IMG/VR virus record: IMGVR_UViG_3300044730_000687
Location: 1 to 52,623 of that record
DNA: 52,623 nucleotides
Origin: a virus
Taxonomy: Duplodnaviria > Caudoviricetes
Strand: one strand, 5' to 3'
Part shown: positions 1-8,406 of the stretch, piece after piece
Layout: every line of letters begins with the position of its first letter
Position numbering within the stretch: the first letter of the stretch is position 1
Position numbers and translations under genes: made by a program
Notes under the pieces: generated by a model
Databases searched by the model: none
What the model saw: the letters and a program-made list of their open reading frames with translations, nothing else
Told to the model about the DNA's origin: nothing

Positions 1-127
1 TGTAACCACCCGCCACAACCCCCGCGTGGGGGCTGGGACGGAGGGTTAGGGGCGGAAGATCGGGGCCATGGAAAACTTGCCGTGCGCGTAGACGTATTCC
101 CCGTCGCAATCCCGTCCGATCTTCTTG
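1..127. repeat. Exact terminal direct repeat (copy 1); contig circularisation overlap
   Basis: 1-127 is identical to 52497-52623 (tgtaaccacc...gatcttcttg). Confidence 0.97.
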
Positions 128-273
128 CGAGTCGTCGATCCGTGAACCAACAGGGTGGCGAACGACCCTTTTCGCTCGATCACCGTTGCGGTGAAGATGC
201 AGTCGTAATCGCAGGCAGAACGGGCCTTGAGCGTCTGGCCGGCTTCGATCGTCGTGCTCGTGTTCGTTTCCAT
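46..273 (-). CDS. Hypothetical phage protein (75 aa), probably on a leaderless mRNA
   Basis: METNTSTTIEAGQTLKARSACDYDCIF...; ATG lies 7 nt after a -10 box. Confidence 0.75.
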   Translation of the reverse strand: METNTSTTIEAGQTLKARSACDYDCIFTATVIERKGSFATLLVHGSTTRKKIGRDCDGEYVYAHGKFSMAPIFRP

Positions 274-309
274 GGCCAAGACCATATACCTAAGCGGTTG
301 GGTATGCAA
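274..309 (-). promoter_or_regulatory. Sigma70-type promoter with a palindromic operator-like spacer
   Basis: TTGCAT-17 nt-TATGGT-7 nt-ATG; imperfect palindrome ATACCcAA ccgc TTaGGTAT between the boxes. Confidence 0.7.
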
Positions 310-310
310 C

Positions 311-352
311 AAAAAGAAAAGCGCGGAGGACTTTTCGAGTCGCATCCGCGCT
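311..352 (-). terminator. Rho-independent terminator after the surface protein gene
   Basis: AGCGCGGA...TCCGCGCT stem followed by TTTCTTTTT on the minus strand. Confidence 0.75.
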
Positions 353-381
353 AAGGTGAACGGGTTAGGGAGTGCGATTTT

Positions 382-849
382 TTACGCGAGAATCTTTCGC
401 GCACTCCAAATCCCGAGCAACGCGCCTCCGATCATGGCCAACACGCTGCCGTTGTCGGCGATCACGCCCGGATTGTGCGTGACGGGGTTAACGTAAGTCC
501 ACTGCCAGACTCCGGGTGACAGCAATCGGTAATTGCTGCCCTCGAATTCCGGAAAGATCAGCCGAAACGGCCGTTGCGTGAACTCGTCGTGCAGCGTATG
601 TCGATACGTCTGCCAATCGACGGTGATATCCACCACGTTACCGCCGGTAGCGTGCGCCCAGATGTCAGCGGTATTCCTGAAGGGTGGATCATTGGCGGTC
701 TGGGTGACCCGATCCCAGCCTTGCTGACCAGTCTCGGTGATGTTGAACACCAGCTTCTGGCTGGTCTGCTCGGTGATGTCGATTCTGACGGCCTGCGCTT
801 GGAACGCAAATGCCATTACCGTCGTGATGATTGCTGGTGTCTTGTTCAT
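382..849 (-). CDS. Exported surface protein with a VPDSG-CTERM/PEP-CTERM-like C-terminal sorting signal
   Basis: Signal peptide ending AQA; C-terminus IADNGSVLAMIGGALLGIWSARKILA (motif, TM helix, basic tail). Confidence 0.7.
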   Translation of the reverse strand: MNKTPAIITTVMAFAFQAQAVRIDITEQTSQKLVFNITETGQQGWDRVTQTANDPPFRNTADIWAHATGGNVVDITVDWQTYRHTLHDEFTQRPFRLIFPEFEGSNYRLLSPGVWQWTYVNPVTHNPGVIADNGSVLAMIGGALLGIWSARKILA

Positions 850-857
850 GTTGTGTC

Positions 858-1097
858 CTAAAATACTTCGTCCAGTTTTCTTTCCTCTGACAGTTTACCA
901 ATCGCTTCCCGATGTTCCTTCGTGTTCCTCGCGGCCTCCTGCTCGGCTCCGCACCGGCAGCACTCCAGCTCCCTCATCCCAGGCCCCACGAGCAGCCCAT
1001 CCCATTCCGCGCACCAATGCCACCCGGCCGCAACCTCGCGCTCCGTCAACTGCGCGTCGTCGTCGTCCATCAACCGGGTCCATCGCGTGCGCGTCAT
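858..1097 (-). CDS. Small Cys/His-containing hypothetical phage protein
   Basis: HWCAEWDGLL...ECCRC; immediately follows the TerS-like gene. Confidence 0.65.
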   Translation of the reverse strand: MTRTRWTRLMDDDDAQLTEREVAAGWHWCAEWDGLLVGPGMRELECCRCGAEQEAARNTKEHREAIGKLSEERKLDEVF

Positions 1098-1098
1098 T

Positions 1099-1836
1099 TC
1101 ATGTCCCTTCCGAAATCTGCGCCAGTTCCTTCGGCTCGTCGAACGTCAAGGCCTCCAACCGTTGCTCCCTAGTCGCCGTCGCGGCCCCGCCCTCAAATCC
1201 GTTACTCGGAAGAACGATCACCCTCATGCCTCCGTCCGCCTGAATCGGGATCGGATTGCCGTCCGGCCCGCTGAACTCCTTCCTTTCCGGTGCATTCAAT
1301 CCCAGGATCTTCGCCCGTTGCGCCCTGATCTCGCTGATGACTCGGAGGAATGACGGGTCGCCTGCCTGCCCTTCTTCCGTCGTGCTCCTCCGCACCTTGC
1401 CTCCCACGTTCTCGCCGATCCCGGTTTCGTCCATCGTTTCTTTCCTGATCCTCGGCTTTCGAGATTCATGCCAAGCGTTCCATGCTTGCTGTTCCTGATA
1501 CTCCATTCCCATTAACTCTCGCGCTCTGAATGTATCGACATCGCCGACAGCTTGCTCGCGCCATTGTCTTTGAATCTCTTTGATGTCCGCATATACCGCC
1601 GACTTTCCAAGAATGTAGTCCCTGCCTTCCCTTGCGTTCCTGTCATTCAGCGCCGTCATGATTTCGACGGTTGGCCAGCCCTGGACAATGCGCTCGGCTA
1701 TGAAGGCTTGGTCGTTCTCCCGCTGGGACTTGTACCGCTTTGCCCCTCCTTTGCTTTGTTGCGTGCCGGGACTTGGCGTGCCACTTACGACGGGTTCATC
1801 GGATCGTTTTGCCGTGTCGTCAGTTCCTTCGATCAT
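1099..1836 (-). CDS. Putative terminase small subunit / HTH packaging protein
   Basis: HTH-like N-terminal half; AWNAWHESR...GDPSFL...RAKILGLNAPERKEFSGPDGNPI motif typical of TerS-like proteins; start chosen at MIEG after GGAACCAAAC (ORF is open to 1980). Confidence 0.65.
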   Translation of the reverse strand: MIEGTDDTAKRSDEPVVSGTPSPGTQQSKGGAKRYKSQRENDQAFIAERIVQGWPTVEIMTALNDRNAREGRDYILGKSAVYADIKEIQRQWREQAVGDVDTFRARELMGMEYQEQQAWNAWHESRKPRIRKETMDETGIGENVGGKVRRSTTEEGQAGDPSFLRVISEIRAQRAKILGLNAPERKEFSGPDGNPIPIQADGGMRVIVLPSNGFEGGAATATREQRLEALTFDEPKELAQISEGT

Positions 1837-2012
1837 GTTTGGTTCCCAGTGCCTCAGTGGACTCGGGGGCTTTGGAACCCTCCTACGGTACAGTCTAATC
1901 CTCTTTCCCATCTTACGACGCTTCTTTTCTGGATTTGCTGTGTCCATCTCGCTCCTGTGCGTCGCCCATTCTTCCGTCACCCGCGTTCAATCGGTTAAAA
2001 ACGTCTGTCCCG

Positions 2013-2150
2013 TTACCGGCTTCGAACCTTGTCCTGCCACTCCCCGTTGCGCCATACCCGTTCCTTGCCCGTATTCCGGACGCATCCGAAGGCCAGCAGC
2101 GCCACGATTCCGATGGCCAGCGCAATGATTGTCCAGTCCTGGCGCTTCAC
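2013..2150 (-). CDS. Small membrane protein / possible lipoprotein
   Basis: GTG start overlaps upstream stop; hydrophobic stretch ending LAFGC. Confidence 0.5.
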   Translation of the reverse strand: MKRQDWTIIALAIGIVALLAFGCVRNTGKERVWRNGEWQDKVRSR

Positions 2151-2629
2151 GGTTTCACTTCCTTCCAGTCGGATTCCAGCTTCCATACTCGACGAGGCAG
2201 GGATTGTCCGGTTTCGCGGGTCAACCGTATGCCTTGGTCGGTAATGTACGTCTCGTATCGGACGATGTTCGTTCCAGCCCATTTCTCGGTTGGCGAAACG
2301 TATGGAATGCAATTGTGGCCGTCCGTCCGAAACACCGCTTGCACCATGCATTGTGGGTAATTCGGGCACCCGCTCGCGTTGTCTCCAGTCACCACGTTCG
2401 TCTCGGTCCGAACGCACAGAACGTACGTGCCAACCCGCTCCGCCGGGCCGTGCTCCTTATCGTGAGCCTCAGAGAACGTCGGGACGGTGTTGGTAAGGTT
2501 GATCGCACTTTGTGCTGTAGCGTCCCCATTCGTGGTCTTCCCATTCGACGGTATCAGCACGTCCGCCGCGCCAATGGCCCAAGCCATCACGCAACACAGC
2601 ATTCCGACACCGCTCGCTTCCCTATTCAT
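2147..2629 (-). CDS. Putative exported protein
   Basis: Signal-like N-terminus (GMLCCVMAWAIGA); 4 TN dipeptides; 3 Cys/His-flanked mature Cys in CPNYPQC...HNC. Confidence 0.55.
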   Translation of the reverse strand: MNREASGVGMLCCVMAWAIGAADVLIPSNGKTTNGDATAQSAINLTNTVPTFSEAHDKEHGPAERVGTYVLCVRTETNVVTGDNASGCPNYPQCMVQAVFRTDGHNCIPYVSPTEKWAGTNIVRYETYITDQGIRLTRETGQSLPRRVWKLESDWKEVKP

Positions 2630-2891
2630 CTTGGTCCTCCATTTTGATTGCCGCCGACTTCCTCCAAATCTCCACCGCCTCAATCGCCCGGTCCAGTTCA
2701 TCCCGGCATTCCGTCTCGACCTTGGCCAGAAGCTTCTCGGCCACCACCAACCTTCCGCCGCTCAATCGTGGCTCCTCGCGGCTCCATGCCCTGGCCGTCG
2801 TCGGGTTCAGAACGCTCTGCGGGTGTCGCGTCACACCAGAAAGGCCAGCCGAAGGCGTGCTACGGCTGGCCGTTGACTTCCGGATCTTCAT
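2622..2891 (-). CDS. Hypothetical protein
   Basis: ORF in the coupled minus-strand array. Confidence 0.45.
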   Translation of the reverse strand: MKIRKSTASRSTPSAGLSGVTRHPQSVLNPTTARAWSREEPRLSGGRLVVAEKLLAKVETECRDELDRAIEAVEIWRKSAAIKMEDQDE

Positions 2892-2904
2892 TCGGTCGCT
2901 GGCG

Positions 2905-3207
2905 TTACTCGGTTCGCCAGATGCGATGCTTGTCCGCGTCCGCCTCGTTGTGCGAGACCGTGATCTCGGGTCGCGTCACGATCTTGTAGCCAAGCTTCTT
3001 CGCGTGCGTGCGCCAGTTCCCGGACTGCGACTTCGGCACCACAGTCGATCCGCCGATGGGCATTCCCGTCAGAAAGTCCCGAATCTTGGACTTGCGTCCA
3101 CCGGCCGCTTTCGGCGGGATCGGGATGTCGCGGTCAAACTGGCTGCCGGCTTCGTTGTCGGTCGTGCTGGGTTCCGTCTTGTTCTTCGATTTGTTCTTCT
3201 TGCTCAC
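2905..3207 (-). CDS. Small phage DNA-binding-like protein
   Basis: DIPIP...MPIGGS...RIWR pattern common in small phage proteins; AAAGGA SD. Confidence 0.65.
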   Translation of the reverse strand: MSKKNKSKNKTEPSTTDNEAGSQFDRDIPIPPKAAGGRKSKIRDFLTGMPIGGSTVVPKSQSGNWRTHAKKLGYKIVTRPEITVSHNEADADKHRIWRTE

Positions 3208-3276
3208 TTGGTTTCCTTTGGTTGATGCGTCCTCCCACTTGGTGTGGTGATGACAGGTTGTGTCCGTGCCGGACGT

Positions 3277-3495
3277 TCACCCCACAACGACAGGTTGCGG
3301 GTAAATCCGTTTGATGTGCTGATCCCGTTCCGCATGCCCTTCCGGGTACTGGGCCTCGATCCTGGCTCGCCGTTCGTTTCGCACCGATTGCGTCAGGGTC
3401 CGCACGCGCTGAATCATTTCTCGGTCTTGCTCGGCCCTTGCCGGTGTTCGTTCGGGCATCAAGGCTCGTTGTTCGGGTGTCATGTTCGTTTCCAT
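3277..3495 (-). CDS. Hypothetical protein
   Basis: ORF in the array. Confidence 0.5.
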   Translation of the reverse strand: METNMTPEQRALMPERTPARAEQDREMIQRVRTLTQSVRNERRARIEAQYPEGHAERDQHIKRIYPQPVVVG

Positions 3496-3541
3496 TTCTG
3501 TCTGGCGCTTGTTCTACTCTGATTCGTTGCTGCGTCAAGCG

Positions 3542-4504
3542 TTATGTCATTCTGTCGATCAGTTGGATCAGGTAGGTTTTGTCCACTGCCGTTGCCGATT
3601 TCTCCTTCATTTTGTCCAGCAGTTCCTTGAAGTAGGCCACGTCAACGCCCGTCAACTGCTCCTCCAGCGTTGCGTAGTCGTTGAAATCGAGCGCAGCGCA
3701 TTGCATCACGATCTTGAGCAACTGGCCTGCCCCGATAGTCCACCCACGCTCGATGAACTTCCGGACGCGGAACACCGATGCCACCGGGTACTTGCTCCCG
3801 ATGTAGCGCAGTTCCTTCGTCATGATGCACTCCAACGCTTGCTGGTTCAGCGTAACGCGACGCTGCCAACTGGTCCAGTAGTTGGTGCAATGCACGAAGT
3901 CGTAGTTCTCGTGGATTTGGGCCGGGTCCCCGTAGAACCTGACCACAATCTGGATCTTGTCGGAGAGAGTGATTGCATTCGATGTCAGCCAGATTGGCCG
4001 GTATCGCTCCTTTTCGTCTTCCTTCTTCTCTTCCGCCTTGTCGGGTTCGGTCGCACCATCCAACACCTTCTTCACTTCCTCCGACACGACGCTGCCTTCG
4101 ATGTCGTTTAGGTATTCGGATGCGTTGCCTCCCTGCTCAAAGTATTCGTAAGGCTTGCTCTCGTTCTGGCTCCCGGCAATTCCGGCGCTCTTGACAATGA
4201 TTTTGACGCGCTCGTCTTCCCTGGTCTCGACGTAGATTTCAACTTCCTTGCCGTTGTGGAAGCGTGGCGATTTCGTGGCCTTGAACTGCTTGACGTAGTA
4301 CGCTGCCACCGCTGCCGCCGTCTCCCGGTTGCGGAAGTAGAAGTCGAAGTCGTTGACCTTGTTCTCGGTCAGCAACGTGACGATTGCCCCGCCCGTCAGG
4401 ATCGTGTTCTGATCTACCATCTTCCGCAGGCCTTCGTCCGTGATGCTTCGGCACCATGCGTCGAACTTCCGGCAGATGATCATGTTTGCGACTCGGGTTT
4501 TCAT
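3542..4504 (-). CDS. Pol-beta-superfamily nucleotidyltransferase-like protein
   Basis: LTGGAI...VNDFDFYF (GG...DxD), DFVHC, RVRKFIERGW. Confidence 0.75.
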   Translation of the reverse strand: MKTRVANMIICRKFDAWCRSITDEGLRKMVDQNTILTGGAIVTLLTENKVNDFDFYFRNRETAAAVAAYYVKQFKATKSPRFHNGKEVEIYVETREDERVKIIVKSAGIAGSQNESKPYEYFEQGGNASEYLNDIEGSVVSEEVKKVLDGATEPDKAEEKKEDEKERYRPIWLTSNAITLSDKIQIVVRFYGDPAQIHENYDFVHCTNYWTSWQRRVTLNQQALECIMTKELRYIGSKYPVASVFRVRKFIERGWTIGAGQLLKIVMQCAALDFNDYATLEEQLTGVDVAYFKELLDKMKEKSATAVDKTYLIQLIDRMT

Positions 4505-4902
4505 TTCAGTTTCAGCTTGTTGATGATGTTGGTTTCCACTTCGAATATCGAGAGCCTCGCTCGCATCGGCACGAACGGGAGTGCTCGTGCGTTCGCGAAC
4601 TTCAATCCGCACGGCCCGTCGAACCAGCGGCTCGCGCTCCGGTCAAACGTGATGCCCGTCATGTCCACCATCCCGATGATGCCGCCCGTCAGCAGTTCGT
4701 TCATCGCCGGAATCGCCACCTCGCACCTCGCCACGTTCACGGCCCACCAGCACGCCTGTTCGTACTCGCGCTTTAGCATGGTGCTGCTTGCGTGGATCAG
4801 GAGCGGGCCACGGTAGGGATGGGTCCACGTTCGATTCTCCACGTCCTTGCCGGCGTGCAGAATCATCCAGGCCCATGGTTGCCGAATCGAAATGCACTTC
4901 AT
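4501..4902 (-). CDS. ASCH domain protein
   Basis: ISIRQPWAWMILHAGKDVENRTW..YRGPLLIHAS. Confidence 0.92.
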   Translation of the reverse strand: MKCISIRQPWAWMILHAGKDVENRTWTHPYRGPLLIHASSTMLKREYEQACWWAVNVARCEVAIPAMNELLTGGIIGMVDMTGITFDRSASRWFDGPCGLKFANARALPFVPMRARLSIFEVETNIINKLKLK

Positions 4903-5129
4903 GCGTTCTTCCTTTGATCCATGTACTGCACGCACTCCTGCCACAACAACTCCGTCTCCTTCACTCCGTTTACTCTGGTTTGATTCACGGCGCAATCCGA
5001 TGTTCGAATCATGCACACCGCGAACCCTGCGTAGAAGGCGTCTTGCAATCCTTCCCATTGCACAGGTTCGCACCCGTCCGGGTAGCTTGCCTGCATCATG
5101 CGAATGAACTCGTCGCGGAGCGTGGTCAT
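4899..5129 (-). CDS. Hypothetical protein
   Basis: ATGA-coupled on both sides; AFYAG motif. Confidence 0.6.
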   Translation of the reverse strand: MTTLRDEFIRMMQASYPDGCEPVQWEGLQDAFYAGFAVCMIRTSDCAVNQTRVNGVKETELLWQECVQYMDQRKNA

Positions 5130-6331
5130 GCTTCCTGCCTTCTGGTTTTCTTGATGTCCATGTACTTCGCGTAAGCCTCGCTCTTTGGTTGGGTCAGTCC
5201 AAGCCCCTTGCACCAATGGTCGTTCCGGAGAATCACTTTGCACAGCCTTCTCCATGAAGGTGCCCAGTGCTTATCCTCAAGCACCTTCGGGGCTTCGTCC
5301 GGGATGCCGTTCACGTACCCTCTCCCTTTCCATCCCGTGATGAACGATTTGAACCTGCCTACGTAGTGCTCTCTCGTTTTGTTGGGCAGTGTGTTGAGCA
5401 GTAGGTTGCAGAAGCTCTTCCACGTATGCCCGTCCGGTTTGCTGATCTTGTTGTACCCTGTGATGTTCCCGGTTTCCTGCACGTACAACGATCCGCTGTT
5501 GGCTCCGCTCACCCTGGTTACCAGCTTGAACCACGTCTTTGGCTCCAGAATGTGGTACAGCCAAAGCCCCCTCCTCTGGTCGTCACCGTACGGTTGGCAC
5601 AACCGCATCTGACTGATCGTAAGCCCTGCTTGGTGCATTCGGTCGTATATTTCGTTGTGCGGTTTTTCGGGATAGTGCGCGTGATACCTCCAAATGTCCT
5701 CCGTTTTCCAGTCGTACACTGGATACACGTTGTAGAGACCTTCCTCCACTTTGGTTGTAAACAGCTTGCCTCCGTGGCATTCCTTCTTCCTGCTCGTCAC
5801 GGTCCGAAATCGGTTAAGGCTCTCGTCTGCCCTGATTCCGACGAACCCACAGCAATCCTTGCCTTGTCCATACCAGACGCCAAAGAGGACCATAAACTCC
5901 TCGAACTCCATTCTTTCCTCGAAGAAGTCGAAGTGCTTGGGGTCCGTTATGACGCCTTTGCGCTTCGGCACTTCTCGCACCCACTCCACACCCGGCTCCC
6001 AGCAGCACCACCTCGGGTTGAATGCGCTCACGGCATTCCTGAGCAGCATCGGTAGGCATACCCAATGAAGTTCGATGTTCTTTTCGTACATGTCGAACAT
6101 CTCGTTGGCGTGCTCTATCGTTTGACTGTACTGCGCCTCCAGGTCTATCAGCAGCACTCCTACGGTTCGGCCGCGCTTGATCGCCTCATCCATCACAAGA
6201 TGGAACATGACGCTTGAGTCTTTGCCTCCCGAGAAGCTGATGTAGATTCGTTCGAAGTTGTCGAACGCATACGCCACCCGTTCGCGTGCTGCCGTAAGCA
6301 CGTCTTTTTCTGAGTATCGCTTGATGCTCAT
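5126..6331 (-). CDS. ibrA: IbrA/YbdN-like PAPS-reductase-family protein with DUF3440 C-terminus
   Basis: SFSGGKDS PP-loop, IDLEAQY, GIRADESLNR, YPVYDW, MRLCQPYG, SWRRLCKVILRNDHWC. Confidence 0.93.
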   Translation of the reverse strand: MSIKRYSEKDVLTAARERVAYAFDNFERIYISFSGGKDSSVMFHLVMDEAIKRGRTVGVLLIDLEAQYSQTIEHANEMFDMYEKNIELHWVCLPMLLRNAVSAFNPRWCCWEPGVEWVREVPKRKGVITDPKHFDFFEERMEFEEFMVLFGVWYGQGKDCCGFVGIRADESLNRFRTVTSRKKECHGGKLFTTKVEEGLYNVYPVYDWKTEDIWRYHAHYPEKPHNEIYDRMHQAGLTISQMRLCQPYGDDQRRGLWLYHILEPKTWFKLVTRVSGANSGSLYVQETGNITGYNKISKPDGHTWKSFCNLLLNTLPNKTREHYVGRFKSFITGWKGRGYVNGIPDEAPKVLEDKHWAPSWRRLCKVILRNDHWCKGLGLTQPKSEAYAKYMDIKKTRRQEA

Positions 6332-6759
6332 CAGTACAGGTTCGCTTCGGTTTTGGATTGCGCGGCATCCATGGTCAGCTCCGGTTCGCTTCGGCCTTTC
6401 AGCCACTTGTTGAGAGCCCACAGAGCGGTGTAGTCCGCAATGTTTTGCTCCTCTTTTGAGAGCAGATGGAACCCGCCCCTGTAACAGGAAGGCAGCCCTT
6501 TAGCGATGCACGCCGAAGCCTGCCCAAGCCATGCGATTCTGTTCATGTTCTCGTTGGACAGGTAGTGCTCGCATGAGTTCGGCCATTCCTTGAGCACGCG
6601 CATGAGAGCGTCTCTAAACTCCTCTCCGTTTTTCAGGAATGCAGCGTACTCGGCTTCGCACTTGTCCTTGTCTGCCGTTTTCCTTCCGTTCGGCTTGTCG
6701 TTGTAGAACCCGGCAGGGTAGCACTCCCACTTGTCGTACGTGTGGAATATTCGTTTCAT
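6331..6759 (-). CDS. Hypothetical protein between ibrB and ibrA
   Basis: 1-nt overlaps with both neighbours; WECY..GFY, NRIAWLGQAS motifs. Confidence 0.8.
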   Translation of the reverse strand: MKRIFHTYDKWECYPAGFYNDKPNGRKTADKDKCEAEYAAFLKNGEEFRDALMRVLKEWPNSCEHYLSNENMNRIAWLGQASACIAKGLPSCYRGGFHLLSKEEQNIADYTALWALNKWLKGRSEPELTMDAAQSKTEANLY

Positions 6760-7484
6760 CAGTCCTCCAGTTTTGTTTCTGATTCTTCGTCAACGAAGTC
6801 CTCGACATCCCAGGATTTCGAGAAGTCTTGATCCTTGAACATTTCGGCGAGCCCGGTGATTTGGCAGAGCCGCAGCACTTCGTCGGGGTCCATCCCAAGC
6901 TCACGGCTGATCTTGTCGTCTGACCAGTTCCGACGCTTTAACTCGACCACGATGTCCGACATCGACTCGACGCGATGCTTTCCGCGTGCCCTGTTGTGAC
7001 GAATCGTCGCCGCGATACGGTCTCCCTTGTCCGTTCTCCCCTCGTTGATCTCAACCACTGGAAGGTAACCGTGAACCCTTTCGGCCACTTCTTTCGATTC
7101 CTTGCCAACCCGATTTCGGTGGAAGCCGTCCACCACCTCGTTTCGGCCTTCCGTTTTGAACGTGACGATGGGCTGTGTGTATCCGTCTTCCAGAATGGAC
7201 ACCTTGAGCAGTTCCATTTCGGGCGGAGCCACGCTGTTTGGGTTGTAGTCGTTGGCTTGAATCCTGTCGTTCCTGACCCACAACACACAGTCCACAGGCT
7301 CGCTTGCGAACGGCGATACCTTGTGCAAGGCCCGCTTGATTTCGTTTATCGCCTCGATTCGTTCCGCAATAGGTAGCTCGGCGAGCTTTTGCACTTCGTC
7401 CAATATTCCGCTGGATGATTGATTTCTTTTACATTTAGGTTGTGGCGCATCTTGCAGTCCTAACGGTAGCTCTGTTTCTTGCAT
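6759..7484 (-). CDS. ibrB: IbrB/YbdM-like ParB/Srx-domain protein
   Basis: ANDYNPNSVAPPEMELL..SI..DGYTQPIV, VVDGFHR, ATIRHNRARGKH, C-terminal HTH. Confidence 0.93.
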   Translation of the reverse strand: MQETELPLGLQDAPQPKCKRNQSSSGILDEVQKLAELPIAERIEAINEIKRALHKVSPFASEPVDCVLWVRNDRIQANDYNPNSVAPPEMELLKVSILEDGYTQPIVTFKTEGRNEVVDGFHRNRVGKESKEVAERVHGYLPVVEINEGRTDKGDRIAATIRHNRARGKHRVESMSDIVVELKRRNWSDDKISRELGMDPDEVLRLCQITGLAEMFKDQDFSKSWDVEDFVDEESETKLED

Positions 7485-7502
7485 TGTTTGGTTCCTTTTC
7501 TT

Positions 7503-7784
7503 CTAATCGCAACACCCGCAGCACGGTGCATTTTCGCATCGGCCGTTGGTGTTGCGGATTTGATGTCCTCCGCCTGCTTTCGTCAAGCTGAATACTCGCG
7601 CCGTTCCGTCCTGACACACTCGATGCACGATTCTTTTTTCGATTTTGTTCGGCGTGATGGTGCCGCCGGCCCTCAATTCCTTTTCCTGCTCGTGCGTGAT
7701 CTCGGCCACCCACTCGACCGCTCCGCCGTGGGCCGGCACGTAGCAACCGCACACCGCGCAAACTCCTTCAGTCGTGGTAGTCAT
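7503..7784 (-). CDS. Cys-rich metal-binding hypothetical protein
   Basis: N-terminal CAVC, HRVC, C-terminal GRCENAPCCGCCD. Confidence 0.75.
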   Translation of the reverse strand: MTTTTEGVCAVCGCYVPAHGGAVEWVAEITHEQEKELRAGGTITPNKIEKRIVHRVCQDGTARVFSLTKAGGGHQIRNTNGRCENAPCCGCCD

Positions 7785-7791
7785 GCGAGTT

Positions 7792-8406
7792 TTATCGGCT
7801 TGGATCCGGTTCTCGGATGCCGAACTCGTTATTGTCTGTTTCGCTTGGCGGGTATTTCCTGCGGCAACTTTTGATCGGATAATGCCACACGTTGTTGTTC
7901 TCGATCCTCACCGGGATCGCCAGCGGTAGGCACTCATCTCCCACGACGACTCCTGTCCCGACGTACCGTTCGCAGTTTACCAGCACTTCGGTTCCTGGCT
8001 GGAAATGTTTGGCCTTCCAGTCGTTCAACCGTTTGAGAGCCGCTTCCGCCATGTCGGCTGGATGTGGGTAAATCTGCCGCACAAGGTTTTCGAGGCTTGG
8101 ATGTCCTTCGTAAATGCTCTTGGAGTCTCTCTTTCGACGGTGCGCCGCTATGGTAATGCCCTGAGGATTGCCACGGTTTATTTCGATTCGCACACACCGT
8201 TCGTGTGCCAGCAAAACCAGCGTTGTCAGCCTGTTGAAGTCCCACGTTGAGAGGTCTTGGCTCCAATGGATGCTTACGCCCCGCCCGAATTCTTTTGGCA
8301 TAGGCAGATGATGGAAACCGTGTGCCCAGTCTCCAAGCATCCGAATACAGTATTGCTGATCCTCGTTGAAGTTCTTCAGTTGTCCTTCGTGCATCATCTT
8401 GGTCAT
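7792..8406 (-). CDS. Hypothetical phage protein
   Basis: LSTWDFNRLTTLVLLAHERCVRIEI motif; coupled start. Confidence 0.7.
   Translation of the reverse strand: MTKMMHEGQLKNFNEDQQYCIRMLGDWAHGFHHLPMPKEFGRGVSIHWSQDLSTWDFNRLTTLVLLAHERCVRIEINRGNPQGITIAAHRRKRDSKSIYEGHPSLENLVRQIYPHPADMAEAALKRLNDWKAKHFQPGTEVLVNCERYVGTGVVVGDECLPLAIPVRIENNNVWHYPIKSCRRKYPPSETDNNEFGIREPDPSR

Noticed and set aside
1-127. 127-bp terminal repeat as biological phage termini
   Set aside because: It cuts through a gene, and 127 is a common assembler k-mer size; best read as a circularisation overlap.
1837-2012. Cobalamin-riboswitch-like words (CCCCCG, CCACTG, GGGAA) upstream of the TerS-like gene
   Set aside because: The core four-way junction and B12 box are not evident; the region may simply be an N-terminal coding extension.
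6759-7484. ParABS plasmid partition system
   Set aside because: No ParA gene; motifs and linkage match IbrB.
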